Source: a plasmid
Reading direction: 5' to 3' (one strand)
Length of the DNA stretch: 64,000 bases
Sequence record: NZ_CP072340.1
Below are positions 40,684-50,128 of the stretch, piece after piece (positions within the stretch are counted from its first letter, which is position 1; every line of letters starts with the position of its first letter). The notes under the pieces were generated by a model, which did not search any database, was not told the origin of the DNA, and worked only from the letters and a program-made list of their open reading frames with translations. The translations under genes and the position numbers were made by a program.

Positions 40684-40722
40684 AATAAAAAAAGGTGAAA
40701 TCAACAACGATTTCACCTTTTT
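40684..40722 (-). terminator. Bidirectional hairpin terminator (AAGGTGAAAT-loop-ATTTCACCTT) closing the small-peptide array
   Basis: Perfect 10-bp stem flanked by A8 and T-run. Confidence 0.6.
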
Positions 40723-40811
40723 ATATCTATGTATGTTGCAACTTGCCGATAGGGTTTCAGTAAGTTGTTGTATGCCATTTGCCTTAAAGATAGCAGCGAA
40801 TTGGCATGGAT

Positions 40812-40901
40812 TCAGCGGTTCTTTTTGTCTTGATACATAAAGTAAAGACGTCCAATTACTGCGCCCACAAAGAGCAAAATCGCTACTGCTAATGTTCCCA
40901 T
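40812..40901 (-). CDS. Small single-TM peptide, 29 aa (MGTLAVAILLFVGAVIGRLYFMYQDKKNR)
   Basis: ATG preceded by GGAGAA SD; copy 1 of ~120-bp tandem repeat. Confidence 0.45.
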   Translation of the reverse strand: MGTLAVAILLFVGAVIGRLYFMYQDKKNR

Positions 40902-40924
40902 ACTATTCTCCTAACTTCTAATTA

Positions 40925-41032
40925 CTATCCTTTTCCGTTAGATTTACGGTTCTTTTTGTCTTGATACATAAAGTAAAGACCTCCAATTGTTGCTATTAAC
41001 GAAACTAAAATCGATGCTACTATTGCTCCCAT
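40925..41032 (-). CDS. Small single-TM peptide, 35 aa (MGAIVASILVSLIATIGGLYFMYQDKKNRKSNGKG)
   Basis: Copy 2 of tandem repeat; own SD. Confidence 0.45.
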   Translation of the reverse strand: MGAIVASILVSLIATIGGLYFMYQDKKNRKSNGKG

Positions 41033-41068
41033 ACTATTCTCCTAACTTCTAATTACTATCCTTTTCCG

Positions 41069-41164
41069 TTAGGATTTACGGTTCTTTCTGTCTTGATATA
41101 TAAAGTAAAGACCACTAATTGTTGCTAATAACGAAACAAAAATCGATACTATTACTGCGCCCAT
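41069..41164 (-). CDS. Small single-TM peptide, 31 aa (MGAVIVSIFVSLLATISGLYFIYQDRKNRKS)
   Basis: Copy 3 of tandem repeat; own SD. Confidence 0.45.
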   Translation of the reverse strand: MGAVIVSIFVSLLATISGLYFIYQDRKNRKS

Positions 41165-41165
41165 A

Positions 41166-41357
41166 CTATTCTCCTTCCTTCTGTTTTTTATCTTTATTGA
41201 TTAAAATGAGACCCCAACCTAAAGTCAATATTGTGCCAATCATCACCCCAACAAAGACCCAAGGGCGGTTCATATTGCCCAAAGCCGAAGATAATAGCAA
41301 AGCTGTTACCATATACTTTGCTATATCCATAAACCATTTTCCTAACTCTTTTTTCAT
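41166..41357 (-). CDS. Small membrane protein, 63 aa, distant paralogue of the downstream peptides (..GLILINKDKKQKEGE tail)
   Basis: TM helix + K/D-rich tail pattern shared with the three short copies. Confidence 0.45.
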   Translation of the reverse strand: MKKELGKWFMDIAKYMVTALLLSSALGNMNRPWVFVGVMIGTILTLGWGLILINKDKKQKEGE

Positions 41358-41537
41358 AATGCAAATATATAAATAATTCTTGTATTACGGTTCTTATTCT
41401 TAGAAAAAATAGCCAATATCTTTTATTTTGCCCTTCTTTCTATCGCTATTGGTGTTTTATTATAATTCAAAAGAAACCTCGCTATAAAGGAATATCCCAT
41501 ATAACGAGGTTTAAAACTATGTGTTATCGTTGTCGGT

Positions 41538-43595
41538 TTACTTAATTAAGTCTACCGAACGCTTAATAAACTTGTCGAGCGCAGCACCCTTTAGCAATCC
41601 GTTTTGCAAGAGAGCGAGGTCTATTAGCTGATGTATGGCATTATTGTTCTTGGCATAATCGGCTATCACAGTGTTCTTTTCGTTACGCTGTTTCGTAAGT
41701 TCTTCCTCTGTGTTCTTAAGTTCGTCCTTCTCGTTTTGGGTAACTTCCTCTGGCTTTTTCTTACCTTGTGCCTGTCGCAAGGCAGCTTCGCGCGCCTGCA
41801 AACCCTTAATTTCGCTACGTATAGGCTGTAGTTTTTCGGCAGTAGAAGTATTGCTTTCGCTCAGAATTTGCTTAATAATGGCGTGGTCAGAGTTCAGTAC
41901 GATGGTGTATGTGTCGGGCATTTGTGCATAGAAACCCATACCCTGCTGGTATTGGCTCATCTCTTTCATACGGCGCATATACTCGTTTTGTGTTGCCACA
42001 ATTGGCTGAGCGGTTTCGCCCAATGGCTCTACGCTTACCATAAACTCTGCCTTTTCCACCTTAGGCAGCTGCGATTGGAAAGCCTGAGTTAGCGTATCGG
42101 CATCGTTTTCGCCAAGTTTTTCGCCCTTTGTTTCGTCTTTTTTCGCAATGATATGGTCTATAACGTCAGAGTCTACCCGTACAAAACGCGACTTGTCGAA
42201 CTTCTGTTCCAGCATGGAAAGCGTAGGAACGTCTAACTGTCCGTTGGCTAACAGCACGGAATATCCCTTTGCACGTGCCGTTTCAATGTATGAATACTGT
42301 TCCTCTTTTTCGGTTGCGTAGAGGTAAACAAGCGTTCCGTCCTTGTCGGTCTGGTTGTCTTTAATAAGCGTTTTATACTCTTCGAAGGTGAAGTTCTTGC
42401 CATCTACATCGGTAAAGAGCGAGAAATCTTTTGCACGGTCGTAGAAATCGGGTTGCGAAAGCATACCATAGTTCACGAAAAGCTTAAGGTCTTGCCACTT
42501 TTCTTCGTACTCTTTACGGTTCTCTTTGAATATTCCGTTAAGCCTGTCTGCCACTTTCTTGGTGATGTAAGTAGATATTTTCTTTACGTTAGCATCGCTT
42601 TGCAAATAGCTTCGGCTCACGTTCAGCGGTATATCCGGTGAGTCTATCACACCATGAAGCAGGGTAAGGAACTCCGGAACAATGCCTTCTACCTGGTCTG
42701 TAACGAATACTTGGTTGCAATAGAGCTGTATCTTGTTGCGCTGAAGCTCTATATTGTTCTTCACGCGTGGGAAATACAGAATGCCGGTCAGGTGGAATGG
42801 ATAGTCAACATTCAGGTGAATCCAGAACAAAGGTTCGTCGTTCATTGGGAAGAGCGTACGATAGAACTGCTTGTAGTCCTCGTCTTTCAGTTCAGCGGGA
42901 GCTTTTGTCCATAGCGGTTCCACATTATTTATAATGTTGTCCTTATCTGTTTCCACGCTTTTACCGTCTTTCCATTCGGTTTGTTTGCCGAAGACAACGG
43001 GCACAGCCATAAACTTGCAGTACTTGTTCAGCAGGCTTTCTATCTTCTGTTTCTGTAAAAACTCCTTGCAATCGTCGTCTATATGGAGCACGACATCGGT
43101 GCCATGGGTTGCCTTTTCGGTATCTTCTATCGAAAATTCCGGGCTTCCGTCGCAGCTCCAACGTACTGCTTGTGCCCCGTCGCGATAGCTTTTGGTTACT
43201 ATTTCAACCTTTTTAGACACCATGAAGGCAGAGTAGAAGCCCAGACCGAAGTGTCCTATGATGGCTTCAGCCTTGTCTTTGTACTTGTCCAAGAAGTCTG
43301 TAACACCCGAAAAGGCTATCTGGTTGATGTATTTGTCTATCTCTTCTGCCGTCATACCTATGCCATCATCGCTTACGGTGAGTGTTCCGGCTTTTTCGTC
43401 GAGACTTACACGAACCTTCAAATCGTTGGTTTCGCCTTTAAACTCGCCTGTTGCAGCAAGCGTGCGCAGCTTTTGTGTTGCATCGACAGCGTTAGATACC
43501 AACTCGCGAAGGAAGATGTCGTGGTCGGAATAGAGGAATTTCTTAATGACAGGGAATATGTTCTCTGTCGTTACACCTATTTTACCTTTTTGCAT
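41538..43595 (-). CDS. htpG: Molecular chaperone HtpG (Hsp90)
   Basis: N-terminal ATPase motifs LRELVSNAVDA, GxxGxG; 685 aa. Confidence 0.9.
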   Translation of the reverse strand: MQKGKIGVTTENIFPVIKKFLYSDHDIFLRELVSNAVDATQKLRTLAATGEFKGETNDLKVRVSLDEKAGTLTVSDDGIGMTAEEIDKYINQIAFSGVTDFLDKYKDKAEAIIGHFGLGFYSAFMVSKKVEIVTKSYRDGAQAVRWSCDGSPEFSIEDTEKATHGTDVVLHIDDDCKEFLQKQKIESLLNKYCKFMAVPVVFGKQTEWKDGKSVETDKDNIINNVEPLWTKAPAELKDEDYKQFYRTLFPMNDEPLFWIHLNVDYPFHLTGILYFPRVKNNIELQRNKIQLYCNQVFVTDQVEGIVPEFLTLLHGVIDSPDIPLNVSRSYLQSDANVKKISTYITKKVADRLNGIFKENRKEYEEKWQDLKLFVNYGMLSQPDFYDRAKDFSLFTDVDGKNFTFEEYKTLIKDNQTDKDGTLVYLYATEKEEQYSYIETARAKGYSVLLANGQLDVPTLSMLEQKFDKSRFVRVDSDVIDHIIAKKDETKGEKLGENDADTLTQAFQSQLPKVEKAEFMVSVEPLGETAQPIVATQNEYMRRMKEMSQYQQGMGFYAQMPDTYTIVLNSDHAIIKQILSESNTSTAEKLQPIRSEIKGLQAREAALRQAQGKKKPEEVTQNEKDELKNTEEELTKQRNEKNTVIADYAKNNNAIHQLIDLALLQNGLLKGAALDKFIKRSVDLIK

Positions 43596-44031
43596 AATCT
43601 ATATTTTTATTTGTTAATTTCAATCTGCCTGTATCATTACAAATGGCGTGCCAAAATGTAACAACCAGACTTTCGCATTGCAACCAGATTTTACATATCG
43701 TCTTATTTTGATGGTTGTAACCTGCGAAAATATCTAAATTTATTCAAATTTATTGCAGTTTTATGCTCCGTTCTCCATTTTATTTTATACTTTTGCAGGC
43801 ACTCAAGAGCTTGTCAAAACTAAATAACAACATCGAATAGGCATCGTTTCAGAAGCCTATACGGTAGCAGACTCATTGCTAAATGGTTATTTCTCCATGC
43901 TTTGGAAAGCCAACAACTTGGAAAAACATGACTGACAGAAAGGCTCAAGACATCATAACAACAAATAACAGTCCTATTCAATAACGTATAAAAACTAACA
44001 TTTCTATACAAAACACCAATCTATAAGCTAC

Positions 44032-44568
44032 ATGAATGCAAGGAAAATGGAGACCCGTGGACAGGTTCACGTCTATACGGGCAACGGAAAAGGTAAGACC
44101 ACGGCAGCTTTCGGACTTGCCATACGAGCCTGTATGGCTGGCAAAAAAGTTTTCATCGGACAGTTCATGAAGTCGATGCAATACAACGAAACACGCATTG
44201 CAAGATACATAGACAACCTGTCTGTAGAGCAGTTTGGCAATGGTTGCATACTGACGCGTGCCCCCAACGAGGTGGATAGGCGGCAAGCTCAGGACGGAAT
44301 GCATAGGTGCGCAGAACTTCTTGGCTCGGGTAATTGGGACGTAGTGATATTCGATGAGATTACAATAGCACTGCACATGGAACTCGTCAGCATTGAAATG
44401 CTTATGGAAGCATTGGAAAACAGAGACTCCAAAACAGAGGTTGTGCTTACCGGACGCCATGCTCCGAAACAACTTATAGACTATGCCGACCTTGTAACAG
44501 ACATGCAGGAGGTGAAGCATTACTATGCCAGCAAGGGACTGTTGTCGCGCAATGGCATAGACAGGTAG
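44032..44568 (+). CDS. cobO: Cob(I)yrinic acid a,c-diamide / corrinoid adenosyltransferase (CobO/BtuR family)
   Basis: P-loop YTGNGKGKTTAAFG, 178 aa. Confidence 0.8.
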   Translation: MNARKMETRGQVHVYTGNGKGKTTAAFGLAIRACMAGKKVFIGQFMKSMQYNETRIARYIDNLSVEQFGNGCILTRAPNEVDRRQAQDGMHRCAELLGSGNWDVVIFDEITIALHMELVSIEMLMEALENRDSKTEVVLTGRHAPKQLIDYADLVTDMQEVKHYYASKGLLSRNGIDR

Positions 44569-44715
44569 GCAATCTTCAAGAACCACACAATTTGTATGAC
44601 GTGTCAGGATTTTGCTTTCCGATACGCCTCAACCGCCTTTCAAACTCACGAAGATAACGTTACTGAAACAAGGCAATTGTGCCTTAGTATTTCAATACCC
44701 CTTGTTTCGTTGTGT

Positions 44716-44775
44716 AAAAGAGCCTGTTTTACACGGCAAAAGAGCCTGTTTTGGAACGCAAGACAGGCTCTTTTG
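44716..44775. repeat. Three copies (2 direct + 1 inverted) of AAAAGAGCCTGTTTT repeat forming a convergent-gene terminator
   Basis: Copies at 44716, 44738, 44763 (inverted). Confidence 0.5.
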
Positions 44776-44919
44776 TTTTATTAAGGCAGTAGCATGGTAA
44801 AATGACACCTACACTTCGGGTGTATTGTTGCCTGATGGTTGCGACGGGTCTGGACAGTTCTTCCGTGTCTTGATGCACTTTATAACGGGCAACTGGAAAC
44901 TTTCAAACGGCAGAAATGG

Positions 44920-46743
44920 CTATACGGTATCGGCAGCATGGTATGAACTGCGCACCAATGGACCACTTACTACGTGCTGGAAGCCTTTCTCCAATCCTAT
45001 TTTCTTGTACTCTGCAAACTGCTGTGGACTGATATAGGCTTTCACTGGCAGATGTTTCGACGTGGGTTGCAAGTACTGTCCCAGCGTCAGACGCTTGCAG
45101 CCGGTGGCGAGAATGTCGTCCATGGTCTGCAATATCTCCTCGTGCGTTTCGCCTAAACCTAACATAAAGCCTGTTTTAGCCTGCACTCCGCAACGCACAA
45201 TCTCTGCCAGCACCTCCAAACTGCGGTCGTATTGTGCCACGCTGCGCACCGATGGAGTAAGCCTGCGCACCGTCTCCATGTTGTGTCCACACACGTGTGG
45301 CTTTGTGGTTAGCACCTTTTGTATCAGTTCTTTCTTCCCCATGAAGTCCGGTATAAGCAGTTCTATCTTTGTGTCAGGGTTCAGTTGCTGTATGGCTTCC
45401 ACGGTTTTCACCCAGTGTTCGGCACCGTAGTCGGGCAAATCGTCGCGGTCTACCGACGTGATTACGGCATAACGAAGGTTCAAAGCCTTTATCGATTCAG
45501 CCACGTGTCGGGGTTCTTCAGGGTTCAAAGCGTTGGGACGTCCACTCAATGTGTTGCAGAACCGACACTTGCGGGTACATATTTCGCCCCCTATCATGAG
45601 CGTTGCGGTGCGTGCTGCCCAGCATTCTGTGCGGTTCGGGCATAGTCCGCTGGTGCAGATAGTGTTCATGTGGTGGCGTGCCAGAATGCCTGCTGTTTCG
45701 CCAGACGACTTCTTTGAGGTTAGGTTTATCTTCAGCCAATCGGGCTTCATCACGTGTGGCGGACGACCGAAGAGCAGGCGCAAGAACTGTTCGGTGGTGA
45801 AATTGCGAATCACGTTGCCCATTTCCACGCCCTCGATAGCCTTCTCTACCGCCTCGCGCGTAAAGCTGACACCATGCAGAAGGTCGAGCAATTCACGGTC
45901 AAGGTCGCCCGACAGGAAGTAATCGCCCATCAGATTGATGTTCACAATCTTTTGGTTCTTCAATTCAATATGTGCCTGAATGGTGCCCACATCGGCAAAA
46001 CGCTTCTGCCGAACCTCCGTATATTTAGGGTTCTTGCCGTATGTAAAGTCGTCAGAAGCAAGTCCTTTCTCAATCTCTTCAATCTGTTTCATGTCGTCAG
46101 GAGTAAGTTCCAGTACCTCGTTTCCACACATATACTTGCGTACGTAAGCCATAAACGCCTCTATATCGAGCGTGGTATAGTTGCCCACATTGGCAACACG
46201 CTGGCGCACGGACGCTACCCCCTTGCTCTGCAACTTCTCCTTTCCGGGTGTCAATGCTTCTGAAAGGTGTTCCAACTGCGTGCTGAACAAGAGCGAATTG
46301 TGCAGCACGCTGCGCCCTTTAAGGCGGTAGAAGGCACTTCCTGCCACCTTCTTTCCCTCCACGAGAATATCGTTTCTGCCCGAAAGCTCGGTGTTAATGC
46401 CAAGACTTCTTATCATGTCGGCAATGCCCTGCATATACTCTACAAAGGCACTATTCACGTTTTCGGCAAACGAGATGTACGAAAACTGCATGCAGCCCTT
46501 GTCGGCATAGATGCAGCCTCCGCCACTCTTACGGCGGAAAATGTGTATGCCGTTGCGCTTGCAGTAGTCTATGTTCACTTCGTTTTCGGTCAGCTGGTTG
46601 CGTCCAAGCATGACCGTCGGCTCTACACGCCACGCCATAAAGTAGTCGTCGTCGGTGTATTTGCGTGCCACATACTCTTCTACGGCAAAGTAAAAAGGCA
46701 GTTGGTGGGTAGTCTTTCGTTCAGGAATAATGATATATTTCAT
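44920..46743 (-). CDS. lipA: Apparent fusion: lipoate-protein ligase/octanoyltransferase domain (N) + lipoyl synthase LipA radical-SAM domain (C)
   Basis: N-half RRKSGGGCIYAD and KKVAGSAF LplA motifs; C-half KPDWLK, CPNRTEC and CTRKCRFC LipA Fe-S motifs in a single 607-aa ORF. Confidence 0.6.
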   Translation of the reverse strand: MKYIIIPERKTTHQLPFYFAVEEYVARKYTDDDYFMAWRVEPTVMLGRNQLTENEVNIDYCKRNGIHIFRRKSGGGCIYADKGCMQFSYISFAENVNSAFVEYMQGIADMIRSLGINTELSGRNDILVEGKKVAGSAFYRLKGRSVLHNSLLFSTQLEHLSEALTPGKEKLQSKGVASVRQRVANVGNYTTLDIEAFMAYVRKYMCGNEVLELTPDDMKQIEEIEKGLASDDFTYGKNPKYTEVRQKRFADVGTIQAHIELKNQKIVNINLMGDYFLSGDLDRELLDLLHGVSFTREAVEKAIEGVEMGNVIRNFTTEQFLRLLFGRPPHVMKPDWLKINLTSKKSSGETAGILARHHMNTICTSGLCPNRTECWAARTATLMIGGEICTRKCRFCNTLSGRPNALNPEEPRHVAESIKALNLRYAVITSVDRDDLPDYGAEHWVKTVEAIQQLNPDTKIELLIPDFMGKKELIQKVLTTKPHVCGHNMETVRRLTPSVRSVAQYDRSLEVLAEIVRCGVQAKTGFMLGLGETHEEILQTMDDILATGCKRLTLGQYLQPTSKHLPVKAYISPQQFAEYKKIGLEKGFQHVVSGPLVRSSYHAADTV

Positions 46744-47049
46744 TGTTCAGATCTATGTTCTCAATATGTGTTGATAGGTTGTTTCACCTTATCGTATATA
46801 TAATGCCCACAATTTCATCGGCAAGTCGCTACACCCTGCCAATGCCATCGAGGGCTTGCAAATGTACGAAAAAATATTGATTTGGGCGAAAATACACCCT
46901 TTTTTATTACAAACGATACTTTCCCGGAGGATTAAAAAAGATGAAATTACACCATAAAACGAATATTTTCTTTAACTTTGTACAATTGTTTGCGAACTGT
47001 GACAGCTACAAAACGCAACGGAAGAACAATACAATAAAAATAGAAAACA

Positions 47050-48129
47050 TTGATAATGAAGAAACTACAGCAGGTCTTAATGCTCGCTGTCTGCCTACTG
47101 ATACTGATGGTGGCAGCCGTCCAGCGCGATGGAAAACTATGGGGAAACAGTCTGAAAGCTGCGAAAGCCGACAGCCTGAAGACTGCAAGAATAGACACGA
47201 TGCGTACGCTCGATGACGGAACAAAGGTGATAAATACCACCATGTTGGGTAAAGACATTACGGGATATGGTGGTGCTGTGCCGTTAGAAATATATGTAAA
47301 AGACAACAAAATAGTGAAAGTGAAGGCGTTAAAGAATGCCGAAACGCCCGAATTCTTTGCCGAAACGAAGCCATTGCTTGCCAAATGGAACGGCAAGACC
47401 ATAGACGAAGCACTGCGATTGAAGGTAGATGCCGTCAGTGGAGCCACTTTCTCGTCGCGCGGAATCATCGGAAACATGAGGCGCGGACTGGCTTACGCTT
47501 CGCAAAAAGCCGTAGAGCCAAGCATTCTGGAGCAGATGGACCTCAATGCAAAAAACGTTTCGGCACTCTTGGTTGTGCTCTTGGGTGCCATTGTTCCGCT
47601 GTTCTATCGAAACAAACACTACCGCACGGTGCAGCTTTTGCTCAACGCTGTGGTGCTGGGCTTCGGTTGTGGTACGTTCCTTTCGTGGTCGCTGTTCGTC
47701 AATTTCGTGTCAAGCGGCATTAATTTCTGGGCTTCGCTCGTACCTGTTCTTATGTTAGTCACTGCCTTTGTCTATCCGCTTTTTGGCAAGAAGAACTATT
47801 ATTGCACGAACATTTGTCCGTGTGGCTCGCTCCAAGACCTGGCTGCGAAAACGAAAAACAGGAAGTGGCGCATGGACGGAAAGACGGTTAAAGCGCTCAA
47901 TGCTGCCCGTAAACTCTTGTTTGCAGTGCTGTTGGTGCTTGCACTTTCTGGCATTTGGTTCAAGTGGATGGACTACGAAGTGTTCTCTGCCTTCATCTTT
48001 CAGACGGCTTCGGTGTTTGTCCTGGCGCTCGGCGGAGTGTTTTTGCTACTTTCCTTCTTCGTTGCCCGCCCCTATTGCCGCTTCGTCTGCCCTACGGGAA
48101 CACTGTTCAAGATAGCCGAACGCCGTTAG
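47050..48129 (+). CDS. FMN-binding-domain membrane protein with C-terminal Cys clusters (NosR/NapH-like, truncated architecture)
   Basis: Signal/TM, SGATFSSRG FMN-binding motif, CxxxCPCG and CRFVCPTG motifs in TM domain. Confidence 0.45.
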   Translation: MIMKKLQQVLMLAVCLLILMVAAVQRDGKLWGNSLKAAKADSLKTARIDTMRTLDDGTKVINTTMLGKDITGYGGAVPLEIYVKDNKIVKVKALKNAETPEFFAETKPLLAKWNGKTIDEALRLKVDAVSGATFSSRGIIGNMRRGLAYASQKAVEPSILEQMDLNAKNVSALLVVLLGAIVPLFYRNKHYRTVQLLLNAVVLGFGCGTFLSWSLFVNFVSSGINFWASLVPVLMLVTAFVYPLFGKKNYYCTNICPCGSLQDLAAKTKNRKWRMDGKTVKALNAARKLLFAVLLVLALSGIWFKWMDYEVFSAFIFQTASVFVLALGGVFLLLSFFVARPYCRFVCPTGTLFKIAERR

Positions 48130-48660
48130 CCGATGGCAGGAAACAAACAGGATAAAAACAATAACGATAGGGAAAAATCAGTTTCCGACCTACCCTTTGC
48201 CTAATACTTGCCGCCATTTCGCAATTCTGCATATATATGAAGAAAAGCAAGCAATGGTGCAAGAAATCCACCGAACGGAAAGCATGGTGTAACCATTTCA
48301 TTATCAATACATAACAAAAACCATTGTTTCGCCTCATAAAAACGCCTGTTTTGCATGGTAAAACAGGCTCTTTCGTCTTGCAAAACAATATCTTTTGCAA
48401 AGCCAAAACGCTGCTGTCGTTTTCCCGTCGGATATTCATTAGGAGACAAAAGTATCTTTATGCAGAAACCGTATATGGCAGGAAGAAGACAGAAAGCGCG
48501 TGTTGCGCATTACACCAACCATGCAGTCGTGTCTTATGAGTCATGCAACAAGGTGAATTTCAAACAGGAAGTGCAGAGCCGGCAAAAAAATATTGGAAAA
48601 CCATTCCGCACAATTGGACTTCCAGAAAATATTTTGTAATTTTGCTTTCAAATAATAAAA

Positions 48661-50115
48661 ATGACGATGAAAAAGAGATTATTTAGTGCAGTGCTTGCAC
48701 TGTTGTTCAGTGTTGCATGCTCGGTTATGGCAGTTGCGGCTACCTCTGGTGGCGACGAGGCAGACGAAGTGGTGCGTGCGGGAGGCTTTCTGTTTCATTT
48801 CAACCGCGACAGAACGGCACTCTCGCTGTGGTTCTGCAACCGTGCCGACCGCAACATGACACTGCCCGACAAGGTTTATTACGACGGCACAACGAAGGAG
48901 GCAAGTCTCAAACCGTTCGGTAAGGCAAAGGCTTACACTGTGGAAGAGCTCGAAGAGCGCACGTTCAGAGGCAACCCCGATATACAGTCCGTCACCATTC
49001 CAGCCTCGTATCGCACCGTGGGCGGCACCGCCTTTATGAATTGTCCGAACCTGAAGACCTTCGTAGGCTTGGGCAAGGACGTCATGTATGGCAACGATCT
49101 TTTTTCTGGATGTACGGCTTTGGAGAACGTAACCATAGATGCACGCGCTATCGGTTCACACATTTTTGAAGGATGCGGAAGGCTCATCAAGCCTCACATT
49201 ACGGGCACATTGGATCACATTCCCGATGCCGCTTTCCAGAAAAGTGGCATCAGAAGCATCGACTTTATACCGCAGAGCGTTACCGCTATATGGGCGGGAG
49301 CCTTTACAGAGTCGCAGTTGGAGGGCGACCTTGTGCTGCCGTTGCGTTTCGCCGTCATAGTCAATGGGGCTTTCTCGCTGACGAATATCCGAAGCGTAAC
49401 CGTTCCGGAAGGCTTCAGAGAACTACGTGATGGGGTCTTCGCAGGGTGCCGTTCGCTCAGCAAAGTGTCGCTGCCGAGTACGCTGAAATACCTTGGCGGC
49501 ATGGAATTCTCGGCTACGGCAATCAAGCAGATCGATATTCCGAACTCGGTTATAGACCTCGGTCCGTCAGCTTTCTTCAACTGTTTACAGCTCGATTCAG
49601 TCCGTCTTTCAAATCAATTGGACAAGTTAGAACCTTCTATTTTCCAAGGTACGGCACTGAAACACATATACCTTCCAGCTTCCATCAAGAGCATAGGGAA
49701 AGGCTGTTTCATGTTCTGTAGGCAGCTAACCGATGTCTACTGCTTTTCGACAACCCCGCCAGAGGCTCACGAATATAGCTTCAACGACTTTGACAAGCCC
49801 ACCATACATGTTCCGAAAGGTACGCTCGCGGCATATAAAAGTGCTCCGACATGGAAGAAATTCAAGAAGTTCAAGGAGATGCCTGCCGCTGCGACAGATA
49901 TTTCTACCACACAGTTTGCCACATCAAACATATACCGTCAGGACAACGAAGTGCACGTTAACGATGTTCCTGACGGCGCGTTCGTACAGGTCTACACGCT
50001 TGACGGTCAGCTCATAAGCGAGGTTACGGCTCACAACACTGGGGCTGTTCTGCCGCTGAACACCGAGAACCCCGTTATTGTCAGGGCAGGCAGACAAACC
50101 GTAAAGCTTAGATAA
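48661..50115 (+). CDS. BspA-type leucine-rich-repeat surface protein with T9SS C-terminal domain
   Basis: Signal peptide; repeated ..IP.SV..IG..AF..C..L..V.. LRR units; C-terminal VQVYTLDGQLI...VKLR CTD. Confidence 0.6.
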   Translation: MTMKKRLFSAVLALLFSVACSVMAVAATSGGDEADEVVRAGGFLFHFNRDRTALSLWFCNRADRNMTLPDKVYYDGTTKEASLKPFGKAKAYTVEELEERTFRGNPDIQSVTIPASYRTVGGTAFMNCPNLKTFVGLGKDVMYGNDLFSGCTALENVTIDARAIGSHIFEGCGRLIKPHITGTLDHIPDAAFQKSGIRSIDFIPQSVTAIWAGAFTESQLEGDLVLPLRFAVIVNGAFSLTNIRSVTVPEGFRELRDGVFAGCRSLSKVSLPSTLKYLGGMEFSATAIKQIDIPNSVIDLGPSAFFNCLQLDSVRLSNQLDKLEPSIFQGTALKHIYLPASIKSIGKGCFMFCRQLTDVYCFSTTPPEAHEYSFNDFDKPTIHVPKGTLAAYKSAPTWKKFKKFKEMPAAATDISTTQFATSNIYRQDNEVHVNDVPDGAFVQVYTLDGQLISEVTAHNTGAVLPLNTENPVIVRAGRQTVKLR

Positions 50116-50128
50116 ACAACATTGAATA

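Noticed and set aside
43600-44031. Cobalamin riboswitch upstream of cobO (corrinoid adenosyltransferase)
   Set aside because: Looked for the B12-box (GCCACTG) and surrounding conserved helices in the 430-nt leader; none found; only a TAnnTTTG-like box at ~43.79 kb.
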